From: Geodermatophilus sp.
Lineage (GTDB): Bacteria; Actinomycetota; Actinomycetes; Mycobacteriales; Geodermatophilaceae
Direction: 5' to 3'
Length of the DNA: 53,226 nucleotides
Assembly (NCBI GenBank): GCA_036259935.1
Contig: DATAAV010000134.1
Span: 1 to 53,226, forward strand
In this document: piece after piece, positions 1 through 8,779 of the stretch
How the letters are laid out: the number at the start of each line of letters is the position of its first letter
How positions within the stretch are numbered: the stretch's first letter is position 1
Translations under genes and position numbers: made by a program
Notes under the pieces: model-generated
The model's database searches: none
Seen by the model: only the letters and a program-made list of their open reading frames with translations
Told to the model about the DNA's origin: nothing

Positions 1-859
1 GCGGCGGCGGCACGCCCGGCACGGTGGCCAGCTCCGGCACCTCGCCGTCGGCCCGGGGGGCGGCCAGGTCGGGCAGCGCCCCGAGCAGGCCGCGCGTGTA
101 CGGGTGGGCCGGTCGCTCCAGGACGTCGTCCACCGTGCCGTCCTCGACGCACCGCCCGCCGTACATGACCAGCACCCGGTCGGCGATGCCCGCGACGACG
201 CCGAGGTCGTGGGTGATCCAGACGACGCCGGTGCCGTGGTCGCTCTGCAGCCGCTCCACCAGCTCGAGGATCTGCGCCTGCACCGTCACGTCCAGCGCGG
301 TGGTGGCCTCGTCGGCGATGAGCAGCGCCGGGTTGTTGCACAGCGCGATCGCGATCATCACCCGCTGCCGCATGCCCCCCGACAGCTCGTGCGGATAGCG
401 GTCCACCGCGCGGCCGGGATCGGGCAGGCCCACCTCGGCGAGCAGGTCCACCGCCCGCCGGCGGGCGTCGGCCGCGGACACCTGGCCGTGCGCCCGGATG
501 CCCTCCACCAGCTGCCGGCCCACGGTGAGCACCGGGTTCAGCGAGGTCATCGGATCCTGGAAGACCATCCCGACGCCGGCGCCGCGCACCTGGCGCAGCC
601 GCTCGGGGGGCATGGTCAGCAGGTCCTCGCCGTGCAGCAGGGCCCGGCCGCTCACCGTCGCCGTCCGCGCCGGCAGCAGCCCGAGCAGGGCGAGCACCGA
701 CACGCTCTTGCCGCTGCCGGACTCGCCCACCACCGCCACGGTCTCGCCCCGGCCGACGCGGTAGCTCAGCCCGTTGACCACCTCGGCCGGCCCCCGCGGG
801 GTGCGCAGCCGCACCCGCAGGTCCTCGACCTCCAGCACCGCGCCGTCCGCCGTCGTCAC
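1..859 (-). CDS. Peptide/nickel ABC transporter ATP-binding protein (DppD/OppD family), runs off the window edge
   Basis: Manual translation from GTG at 859 (GTGA overlap with upstream stop): [17 protein letters not shown] Walker [38 protein letters not shown]. Confidence 0.92.
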   Translation of the reverse strand, partial: MTTADGAVLEVEDLRVRLRTPRGPAEVVNGLSYRVGRGETVAVVGESGSGKSVSVLALLGLLPARTATVSGRALLHGEDLLTMPPERLRQVRGAGVGMVFQDPMTSLNPVLTVGRQLVEGIRAHGQVSAADARRRAVDLLAEVGLPDPGRAVDRYPHELSGGMRQRVMIAIALCNNPALLIADEATTALDVTVQAQILELVERLQSDHGTGVVWITHDLGVVAGIADRVLVMYGGRCVEDGTVDDVLERPAHPYTRGLLGALPDLAAPRADGEVPELATVPGVPPP

Positions 860-1785
860 CGGCCACCGCCGGCCATGAGGGTGCGCTGCCGCGGGTCCAG
901 GACGTCGCGCAGCCCGTCTCCGAGGAGGTTGAAGCAGAGCACCGTCACGACGATCGCCATCCCCGGGAAGAACGCCAGCCACCAGGCGAGGTCGATGAAC
1001 CCCCGGCCCTCGGCGAGCATCAAGCCCCACGACGGGTTCGGCGGCTGCGTGCCCAGCCCCAGGAAGGACAGCGCGGCCTCGGCGAGAACGGCGAACGCCA
1101 GGCTGATCGAGGTCTGCACGATGATCGGCGGCGCGGCGTTGGGCAGCACGTGGCGGGTCAGCAGCCGGAAGTCCGACGCGCCCACCGAGCGGGAGGCCCG
1201 CACGTAGACCTCCTCGCGCACGCCCAGCACGCTGGCCCGGGTCACCCGCGCGAAGATCGGGATGTAGACGACCCCGATGGCCAGGATGGCGTTGTTCGGC
1301 CCGGGACCGCGCACGGCCAGGATCGCGATGGCCAGCAGCACGGCGGGGAACGCGAAGAGCATGTCCATCAGCCGCATCAGGACGTCGTCCACCCACCGGC
1401 CGTAGAACCCGGCGAGCAGGCCGATCAGCGTGCCGACGACGAGCGCCAGCCCCACGGCGAGGAAGCCGACCTTCAGCGACACCGAGGCGCCGAGGATGAC
1501 GCGGCTGAGGATGTCGCGGCCCAGTTCGTCGGTGCCGAACGGGTGCGCCCAGCTCGGCGGCTCCAGCCGGTTGGCGATGTCCTGCTCGTTGGGGCCGTCC
1601 GGGGCGACGGTCTCGTCGAGGACGGCGACCAGCAGGATCGCCAGCAGCACCAGCGCGGCGACGGCCGCGGTGGGGTTGCGGACCAGCAGGCCGAGGGTCT
1701 CCCGCCAGCGGGGGCGGGCGGGGCGGAACGTCGGCAGCGGCTCGGCGGCCGTGCGCGGCGTGCCGGGCCTGGACAGCTGGGTCAT
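856..1785 (-). CDS. Peptide ABC transporter permease (DppC/OppC family)
   Basis: HPFGTDELGRD, YVRASRSVGAS..RHVLPN EAA loop, NLLGDGLRDVLDPR. Confidence 0.93.
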   Translation of the reverse strand: MTQLSRPGTPRTAAEPLPTFRPARPRWRETLGLLVRNPTAAVAALVLLAILLVAVLDETVAPDGPNEQDIANRLEPPSWAHPFGTDELGRDILSRVILGASVSLKVGFLAVGLALVVGTLIGLLAGFYGRWVDDVLMRLMDMLFAFPAVLLAIAILAVRGPGPNNAILAIGVVYIPIFARVTRASVLGVREEVYVRASRSVGASDFRLLTRHVLPNAAPPIIVQTSISLAFAVLAEAALSFLGLGTQPPNPSWGLMLAEGRGFIDLAWWLAFFPGMAIVVTVLCFNLLGDGLRDVLDPRQRTLMAGGGR

Positions 1786-2723
1786 CGGCGGATCCTCGGA
1801 TCGATCCGGCTGTAGAGCAGGTCCACGATCAGGTTGATCACCAGGAACACGAGGGCGAACAGCAGCACCGCCCCCTGCAGCAGGGGGAAGTCACGGGCCT
1901 GCACCGCCTGCAGGGCCAGCTGCCCCAGGCCCGGCCAGGAGAACACGATCTCCACGACCACGACGCCCGACAGCAGGTAGGCCAATTGCACGCCGGTGAC
2001 GGTCACCAGCGGCAGCAGCGCGTTGCGCAGCACGTGCCAGGTGAGCACCTGCCGGGTGGGCAGCCCCTTCGCCTGCGCCGTCCGGACGTGGTCCTGCCCC
2101 AGTGCTTCCAGCACGCTGGACCGGACGAACCGGGTGATCACCGAGCCGGAGACGACGCCGGTGGCCAGCGCCGGCAGCGCCAGCCGCTGCAGCCAGCCCA
2201 GCGGGTCGTCGGTCAGGCCCACGTACCCGCCGGAGGGCAGCCAGCCCAGCGTGCCGGCGAACACGAGGATCAGCACGATCGCCAGCCAGAAGTCCGGCAC
2301 CGAGATGCCGATCTGGCTGAGCACGGTGGCGATCCGGTCGATCCACGACCGCGGGTTGAGCGCCGACAGCAGCCCGAGCGGGACGGCGATCAGCAGCGCC
2401 ACGAGGATCGAGGCGAACGCCAGCGTCAGCGTGGCCGGCAGCCGCTCCAGGATCAGCACGGTGACCGGCTCGCCGCTGCGGAAGCTCACCCCGAGGTCCC
2501 CGGTGAGCGCGTTGCCCGCCCAGGCGAAGTACTGCTGCACGAGCGGCAGGTCCAGCCCGTTGCGCTCGCGCAGGGCGTCGTAGGCCTCCTCCGAGAAGCG
2601 GGTGCCCAGGGCCAGGCGCACCGGGTCGCCGTCGACCAGGTGGATCAGCGAGAAGACCAGCACGCTGACCCCGGCCAGCACCACCAGGGACTGACCGGCC
2701 CGCCTGAGCAGGTACCCGGTCAG
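1782..2723 (-). CDS. Peptide ABC transporter permease (DppB/OppB family); start uncertain, possibly CTG
   Basis: LTGYLLRR N-terminus, GDLGVSF, RTAQAKGL..HVLRNAL, DLLYSRIDPRIR; only the C-terminal part of ORF 1782..3512 is protein-like. Confidence 0.9.
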   Translation of the reverse strand: MTGYLLRRAGQSLVVLAGVSVLVFSLIHLVDGDPVRLALGTRFSEEAYDALRERNGLDLPLVQQYFAWAGNALTGDLGVSFRSGEPVTVLILERLPATLTLAFASILVALLIAVPLGLLSALNPRSWIDRIATVLSQIGISVPDFWLAIVLILVFAGTLGWLPSGGYVGLTDDPLGWLQRLALPALATGVVSGSVITRFVRSSVLEALGQDHVRTAQAKGLPTRQVLTWHVLRNALLPLVTVTGVQLAYLLSGVVVVEIVFSWPGLGQLALQAVQARDFPLLQGAVLLFALVFLVINLIVDLLYSRIDPRIRR

Positions 2724-4249
2724 GGCAGCTCCACGGTCTCGAAGTTGATCGCCTTGTCCGCCCGGATCCGGTACCCCTCCAGCCCGGGCACCCAGGCCTG
2801 CACGACGTCGGGGTTGTACAGGTACAGGTAGGAGACGTCGTCGACGATGAGCCGCGCGGCCTGGTCGTAGAGCTCCTTGCGGGCGTCCTGGTCCACCTCG
2901 CCCGCCGCCTGGGTGAGCAGCTGGTCGACCTGCGGGTTGCTGTAGCCCTGGTAGTTGTTCGCCCCGCCGGTGATGTGCTGCTCCTCGTAGAACGCCGCCG
3001 GGTCGAGGTTGCCCAGCCAGCCGAGCAGGAACGCGTCGAAGTCGCCCTGGCTCTGCCGGTCCAGCCAGGTGGCGAAGTCGAGGGTCTCGATCTCCACGTT
3101 GATCCCCACCGGCTCGAGCTGGCTGGCGATCACCTGGGCGGCGGTGATGGTCTCGGGGAACTCGTCGGTGACCATCAACCCCATGGTCAGGGGCGTGCTC
3201 ACGCCGGCCTGCTGCAGCATCCGGGTCGCCTCCTCCTGGGAGGGCTCGAACGGCGCGTAGTCGAGGTAGAAGAAGCTGTCCTCGGGGATCGCCGTCTGGT
3301 TGGCCCGCGCGGCGCCGAACCAGGCCGCCTCGGCCACCTCCTCCCGGTCGATCGCGGTGGCGATCGCCCGGCGCACGTCCCGGTTGTCGAACGGCGGCCG
3401 CCGGTAGTTCATCGACATGTACCAGTAGTCGACGCTCGCGGTCGTCTGCAGCTCGACGGAGTCGTCGCCCTGCAGCGACTCGATCTGCTGCGGCGGCACG
3501 TTGTCCGTCCACTGCACCTCGCCGTTCTGCAGCGCGGTGAGCGCGGCCGCCGGCTCGGTGATGTAGCGGAACTCGACGCCGCCGATGCTCGGCGCCCCGC
3601 CCCAGTACTCCTCGTACGCGGTCAGCACGGTGCTGTTGGCGTCGGAGCTCTCCAGCCGGAACGGCCCGGTGCCCACCGCCTCGGTGGCGAGGTCGTACTG
3701 GTCGGCGGCGCCCTCGGGCAGGATCGCCATGCCCTTGAACGAGCCGATCCGCTCGAGCAGGTTCGGCGTCGGCCGGTTCAGCGTGATGACCACGGTCTGC
3801 GGCCCGTCGGCCGCCACCGATGCGACGTTGGCGAACCGGTAGGAGTTGGACAGCTCCTCGTCGATGATCCGCCGGTAGGAGTAGACGACGTCGGCGGAGT
3901 CGAACTCGCTGCCGTCATGGAACGTGACGCCCTCACGGAGGGTGAACGTCCAGATCAGGTCGTCCTCGCTGGTCGTCCACTCCGTCGCCAGGCTCGGCTC
4001 CATCGTGAGGTCCTCGGCGTTGGGAACGACGAGGGTGTCGTAGACGTTCTCCAGCACCTGGAAGCTCGGATACGCCGTGGTGACGTGCGGGTCGAACTGG
4101 TCGGGCTGCGCGCTGACCGCGGCGACCAGCACGTTGTCGCCGCCCCCTCCACCGCCGCCGCCCCCGGTGTCCACGCTCTCCCCGCCGCCGCAGGCGCTGA
4201 GGACCAGGGCGCCGGCGGCGGCCAGGGACAGGAGTCGGGAGCTGCGCAC
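2720..4249 (-). CDS. ABC transporter substrate-binding lipoprotein (family 5)
   Basis: Lipobox LSAC, LREGVTFHDG, GTGPF, PPFDNRDVRRAI; GGAGG upstream. Confidence 0.93.
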   Translation of the reverse strand: MRSSRLLSLAAAGALVLSACGGGESVDTGGGGGGGGGDNVLVAAVSAQPDQFDPHVTTAYPSFQVLENVYDTLVVPNAEDLTMEPSLATEWTTSEDDLIWTFTLREGVTFHDGSEFDSADVVYSYRRIIDEELSNSYRFANVASVAADGPQTVVITLNRPTPNLLERIGSFKGMAILPEGAADQYDLATEAVGTGPFRLESSDANSTVLTAYEEYWGGAPSIGGVEFRYITEPAAALTALQNGEVQWTDNVPPQQIESLQGDDSVELQTTASVDYWYMSMNYRRPPFDNRDVRRAIATAIDREEVAEAAWFGAARANQTAIPEDSFFYLDYAPFEPSQEEATRMLQQAGVSTPLTMGLMVTDEFPETITAAQVIASQLEPVGINVEIETLDFATWLDRQSQGDFDAFLLGWLGNLDPAAFYEEQHITGGANNYQGYSNPQVDQLLTQAAGEVDQDARKELYDQAARLIVDDVSYLYLYNPDVVQAWVPGLEGYRIRADKAINFETVELP

Positions 4250-4376
4250 GGGTGACCTCCGGGGAACTCGGCGGCTGCGTCGTTCCCCGACCCTGGCCCC
4301 CCACCGCCGCTCCCGCAGGTCGGGACGGCGATCGTTACCTCCCCGTCACGCGATCCCGGCTCCGCCCGACGGCCCA

Positions 4377-4446
4377 CCGAGTGAGCAGTTGTCGCCGCCG
4401 ACACGCGCAGACACGCCGCGCGGAGCGGCCACAACTGCCCACTCGG
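4377..4446. repeat. Intergenic long inverted repeat (terminator or REP-like)
   Basis: CCGAGTGAGCAGTTGT ... ACAACTGCCCACTCGG, 16-bp arms with one mismatch, just downstream of the htdX-like stop. Confidence 0.65.
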
Positions 4447-4456
4447 GCCGTGCGGC

Positions 4457-5311
4457 TCACAGCGGGCGGACGGTGCCCAGCAGGTGGTCGGCGGCGCTGG
4501 TCGCGTTCCGCACGGCGAGGTCCCAGCCGCCGTCGGCCCGCGCCGTCGACAGCGTCACCGTCGAGGGCAGGAACAGCGGCTTGCGGAAACCGACGTCGAC
4601 GGCGACCGCCCCGGGCAGCCGCCCCGACAGCGCCGCCAGCGCGCGGGCCTTGACCCACATGCCGTGCGCGATCGCCCGCTTGAAGCCGAACGCCTTCGCG
4701 GTCAGGCCGGACAGGTGGATGGGGTTCACGTCGCCGGAGACCTTGGCGTAGCGCCGTCCGGTGTCGTCGGGCACCCGCCATCGGATGGTGCCCTCCGGCA
4801 GCTCGCCGACCCGCACCTCGACGTCGGCCTCCGGCGCCCCCTCGGGAGCCCGCGCACCCCGCGCGAGGTAGGTCGACCGGCCCCGCCACACCTCCGCGCC
4901 GCCGGCCGAGACCGAGGCGCACAGGTCCACCGTCGCGCCGCTGCGGTGCCGGGCGAACCGCTCGGCCCACACCTCCAGGTCGAGCGCCTCGTCGGCGCGG
5001 ACCGGTCGGAGCATCTCGATCCGGTTGCGCACGTGCACCAGCCCGGGCAGGGCCAGCGGGAACGACCGGTCGGCCATCAGCGCGACCTGCAGAGGGAAGG
5101 TGAGCACGTGCGGGAACGTCACCGGCAGGCTGTCGCCCAGCGGAAACCGGCAGACCCGCGCGTACGCCGCGAGCCGGCCCGGGTCGACGGCCACCCCGGT
5201 GCGGGCCAGCCGGGTGTCGGGCAGGTCGCCGCCCCGGCCGCGCGCGGTCAGGGCGGCCCTGGCGAACAGCGGCGCCATCGACGGCGTCGAGTCCAGCACG
5301 GTGGTCGGCAT
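4457..5311 (-). CDS. MaoC-like double hot-dog dehydratase (HtdX-like)
   Basis: ATG at 5311 overlaps the fabG4 stop (TGATG); hydratase motif YAKVSGDVNPIH..AIAHGMW. Confidence 0.88.
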   Translation of the reverse strand: MPTTVLDSTPSMAPLFARAALTARGRGGDLPDTRLARTGVAVDPGRLAAYARVCRFPLGDSLPVTFPHVLTFPLQVALMADRSFPLALPGLVHVRNRIEMLRPVRADEALDLEVWAERFARHRSGATVDLCASVSAGGAEVWRGRSTYLARGARAPEGAPEADVEVRVGELPEGTIRWRVPDDTGRRYAKVSGDVNPIHLSGLTAKAFGFKRAIAHGMWVKARALAALSGRLPGAVAVDVGFRKPLFLPSTVTLSTARADGGWDLAVRNATSAADHLLGTVRPL

Positions 5312-6666
5312 CAGGCCCCCAGCAGCGACTGGCCGCAGACCCGCACGACCTGGCCGTTGACCCCGGCGCTGCCGGGCTGGGACAGCCACGCGATCGTCTC
5401 GGCGACGTCGACCGGCAGCCCGCCCTGCTGCAGGGAGTTCAGCCGCGAGCCGACCTCCCGGGTGCCGAACGGCATCGTCGCGGTCATGTCGGTGACGATG
5501 AAGCCGGGCGCCACGGCGTTGATCGTCGCCCCCCGCTCGGCGAACGTCGGCGCCCACGCGCGCACCATGCCGATCACCCCGGCCTTGCTGGCCGCGTAGT
5601 TGGTCTGCCCGCGGTTGCCGGCGATGCCCGACTGCGAGCTGACGCAGACCACCCGCGCATCGGGCCGGAGCACTCCCTCGGCGTCCAGCAGGGCCGAGGT
5701 GATGTCCAGCTGCGCCTGCAGGTTGACCGCCATCACCGAGTTCCACCGGCCGGCGTCCATGTTGACCAGCAGCTTGTCGCGGGTGATCCCGGCATTGTGG
5801 ACGACGACGTCCACCCCGCCGTGCCGCTCCCGCAGGTGGGCGATCAGCCGCTCGGCCGCGTCGGGGGCGGTGATGTCGAGCTGGAACGCCGTCCCGCCGA
5901 CGTCGTTGGCCACCTCGGCCAGCGACTGCCCGGCCGCGGGGACGTCCACCGCCACGACGTGCGCGCCGTCGCGGGCCATCACGCGGGCGATCGCCGCGCC
6001 GATGCCGCGGGCGGCGCCGGTGACGACGGCGACCTTGCCGGCCAGCGGCCGCTGCTCGTCCTCGCCGCCGGGGACGGTGGCCGCGGTCAGGGTCACCGCC
6101 TGCCCGTCGACGTAGGCCGACCGGCCGGAGAGGAAGAAGCGCACCGGGCTCGCCACTGAGCCGTCGGCGTCGGCCGGGACGTACAGCAGGTTCGCCGTCG
6201 ACCCGTCGCGGAGCTCCTTGGCCAGGGAGCGGACCAGTCCGTCCAGCGCCTGGTGCGCGGCCGCCTGCGCGGGCGAGGCCGCCTCGCTCGGGGGGTCGCC
6301 GAGGACCAGCACCCGCCCGGAGGCCCGCAGCCGCTTGACCGCCGGGGCGAGGAAGGCGTGGGCGGCGGCGAGATCGGCCGGGCCGGTCAGGCCGGTGGCG
6401 TCGAGCAGCACGGCGGCGACCTTCTCCCCGCCGGACGACCCGTCGGCCACCACCGGGGACAGCACGGTTCCGCCGGCGTCCCCGAGGATCTCGGTCAGCG
6501 GCTTGCGCAGCCGCCCCTCCCCGGCCGAGCCGATCACCGCCGGGCCGGGCAGCAGCGGCTGGCCCGGCTCGTAGCGGCGCAGCACGGCGGGGCGGGGCAG
6601 GCCCAGCTGCCTGGTGATCGTCGCGCCGACGCCGGAGTTGGCGAAGTCGCGGTACCAGTCACTCAC
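5311..6666 (-). CDS. fabG4: High-molecular-weight 3-oxoacyl-ACP/CoA reductase (FabG4-like)
   Basis: GTG 6666 after AGGAAGG; extra N-terminal domain plus SDR motifs TGAARGIG, HNAGITRD, YAASK. Confidence 0.88.
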   Translation of the reverse strand: MSDWYRDFANSGVGATITRQLGLPRPAVLRRYEPGQPLLPGPAVIGSAGEGRLRKPLTEILGDAGGTVLSPVVADGSSGGEKVAAVLLDATGLTGPADLAAAHAFLAPAVKRLRASGRVLVLGDPPSEAASPAQAAAHQALDGLVRSLAKELRDGSTANLLYVPADADGSVASPVRFFLSGRSAYVDGQAVTLTAATVPGGEDEQRPLAGKVAVVTGAARGIGAAIARVMARDGAHVVAVDVPAAGQSLAEVANDVGGTAFQLDITAPDAAERLIAHLRERHGGVDVVVHNAGITRDKLLVNMDAGRWNSVMAVNLQAQLDITSALLDAEGVLRPDARVVCVSSQSGIAGNRGQTNYAASKAGVIGMVRAWAPTFAERGATINAVAPGFIVTDMTATMPFGTREVGSRLNSLQQGGLPVDVAETIAWLSQPGSAGVNGQVVRVCGQSLLGA

Positions 6667-6687
6667 GGTGCGGTTTCCTTCCTGGTG

Positions 6688-6733
6688 GCGCGCCTTATCG
6701 CGATAAAGCGCGGGGGCTTTATCGCGATAAAGC
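6688..6733. repeat. Tandem pair of palindromes GC(C/T)TTATCGCGATAAAGC (repeat family A)
   Basis: Copies at 6688-6712 and 6716-6733; third copy at 19351-19376. Confidence 0.8.
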
Positions 6734-6745
6734 ACGAAGAGGGGG

Positions 6746-8029
6746 TCAGGACTCGAGGATCGCGACGACGCCCTGGCCGCCGGCCGCGCAGATGGAGATC
6801 AGGCCGCGCTTCCCCGGGCCGGCCTCGTGCAGCATCTTGGCCAGCGACGCCACGATCCGGCCGCCGGTGGCGGCGAACGGGTGCCCGGCCGCCAGCGACG
6901 AGCCGTTGACGTTGAGCTTCGACCGGTCGATCGCGCCCAGCGGGGCCTCCAGACCCAGCTTCTCCTTGCAGAACGCCGGGTCCTCCCACGCCTTCAGCGT
7001 GGCCAGCACCGTGGAGGCGAAGGCCTCGTGGATCTCGTAGAAATCGAAGTCCTGCAGGGTCAGGCCGTTGCGGGCCAGCATCACCGGCATCGCGTAGACC
7101 GGCGCCATCAGCAGACCCTCGCCGCCGTGCACGTAGTCGACGGCGGCGGTCTGCGCGTCGACCAGGTGGGCGAGCACCGGCAGCCCGCGGGCGGCGGCCC
7201 ACTCGTCGGAGGCCAGCAGCACCGCCGAGGCGCCGTCGGACAGCGGCGTGGAGTTGCCCGCCGTCATGGTGGCGTCGGGACCCCGGCCGAAGACCGGCGG
7301 CAGCTTCGCCAGCTTCTCCAGGGACGTGTCCGGGCGCAGGTTCTGGTCGCGGGACAGGCCCAGATACGGGGTGACCAGGTCGTCGAAGAAGCCCCGGTCG
7401 TAGGCGGCGGCGAGGCTCTGGTGGGAACGGACGGCCAGCTCGTCCTGCTCCTCGCGGCCGATCTCCCACTGCTCGGCGGTGATCGCGGCGTGGTCGCCCA
7501 TCGCCAGGCCGGTGCGCGGCTCGGCGTTGCGCGGGATCTCCGGCGCCAGCTGCCCCGGCCGCAGGCCGGCGAGGGCCTTGAGCCGCTCCTGCAGCGTCTT
7601 GGCGCTGTTGAGCCGGATCAGCACGCGGCGCAGGTCGTCGTTGACCGCCAGCGGCGCGTCCGAGGTGGTGTCCACGCCCCCGGCGATGCCCGACTCGATC
7701 TGCCCCAGCGCGATCTTGTTGGCAACCAGGACCGCCGCCTCCAGGCCGGTGCCGCAGGCCTGCTGGACGTCGTAGGCGGGCGTCGTGGCGGCCAGCCGGG
7801 AACCCAGCACCGACTCCCGGGTCAGGTTGAAGTCGCGCGCGTGCTTGAGGACGGCGCCCGCAACCACCTCGCCCACCTGCACGCCCTGCAGCCCGAAGCG
7901 GGCGACCAGCCCGTCGAGGGACGCGGTGAGCATGTCCTGGTTGGACGCCCGGGCGTAGGCGGAGTTGGAGCGGGCGAAGGGAATGCGGTTGCCGCCGACG
8001 ATGGCGGCCTTACGGGTGTGGGGAGCCAT
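6746..8029 (-). CDS. fadA2: Acetyl-CoA C-acyltransferase (thiolase, FadA2-like)
   Basis: QQACGTG catalytic Cys, EIHEAF, GHPFAATG, CAAGGQG. Confidence 0.9.
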   Translation of the reverse strand: MAPHTRKAAIVGGNRIPFARSNSAYARASNQDMLTASLDGLVARFGLQGVQVGEVVAGAVLKHARDFNLTRESVLGSRLAATTPAYDVQQACGTGLEAAVLVANKIALGQIESGIAGGVDTTSDAPLAVNDDLRRVLIRLNSAKTLQERLKALAGLRPGQLAPEIPRNAEPRTGLAMGDHAAITAEQWEIGREEQDELAVRSHQSLAAAYDRGFFDDLVTPYLGLSRDQNLRPDTSLEKLAKLPPVFGRGPDATMTAGNSTPLSDGASAVLLASDEWAAARGLPVLAHLVDAQTAAVDYVHGGEGLLMAPVYAMPVMLARNGLTLQDFDFYEIHEAFASTVLATLKAWEDPAFCKEKLGLEAPLGAIDRSKLNVNGSSLAAGHPFAATGGRIVASLAKMLHEAGPGKRGLISICAAGGQGVVAILES

Positions 8030-8089
8030 CGGGACCTCCGGGTGAGGGTGGATTCGCCGGTACCCACGGTATCAGGTACTGTCCGACAC

Positions 8090-8779
8090 ATGAAAATCGA
8101 GGCGGTGACACCCCCGCCCCCGGACAAGGCGCCCCGCCGGCGGGACCGCCGCGACTCCCGGTGGGACGAGCACCGCCGTGCCCGCCGCGAGCAGCTCGTC
8201 GACGCCACCATCACCGCCGTCGGCAGGCACGGTGCCGGCGTAGGCATGGAGGAGATCGCTGCCGAGGCGGGAACCAGCAAGACGGTGGTCTACCGGCACT
8301 TCGCCGACCGCAGCGAGCTCTACGTCGCCGTCTGCAACCGGGTGGCCGGGCAGCTGACCACCAAGCTGCGCGAGGCCATGGCCAGCAGCGACCACCCCCG
8401 GGAGATGGTGGCCGCGGCGATCGAGACCTACCTGGCGTTCCTCGAGGCCGATCCGGAGCTGTACCGGTTCGTCGTCCGCCACCCGCTGCTGGACCGGCCG
8501 GTCGACGCCGACCCGGTGAGCAACCTCTCCGATCTCGTGGGCGACCAGGCCGCCGCGCTGGTCGCCGTGGCCCTCGAACGCGCCGGCCGCGACCCCGCGG
8601 CGGCGGCCCCGTGGGGCCACGGCCTGGTCGGGCTGATCCGCTCGGCCGCCGACTGGTGGCTGCGCACCGACCGGCCGATGCCGCGGGCGCAGCTGGCCGC
8701 CCACCTGACCGACCTCGCCTGGGCCGGGCTCTCCGGCGTGGTCGACCCCACCGCACGTCTCACCCAGGAGGATCAGTGA
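8090..8779 (+). CDS. TetR/AcrR family transcriptional regulator
   Basis: MEEIAAEAGTSKTVVYRHF HTH; TACTGT 7 nt before ATG. Confidence 0.9.
   Translation: MKIEAVTPPPPDKAPRRRDRRDSRWDEHRRARREQLVDATITAVGRHGAGVGMEEIAAEAGTSKTVVYRHFADRSELYVAVCNRVAGQLTTKLREAMASSDHPREMVAAAIETYLAFLEADPELYRFVVRHPLLDRPVDADPVSNLSDLVGDQAAALVAVALERAGRDPAAAAPWGHGLVGLIRSAADWWLRTDRPMPRAQLAAHLTDLAWAGLSGVVDPTARLTQEDQ

Noticed and set aside
6688-6733. Possible mini-CRISPR or parS site
   Set aside because: There are only two adjacent copies with a spacer of about 3 nt and no cas genes, and the sequence does not match the parS consensus GTTTCACGTGAAAC.
6667-6735. N-terminal peptide repeat LYRDKA on FabG4
   Set aside because: It is only the translation of the intergenic palindromes. 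The RBS supports a start at 6666.
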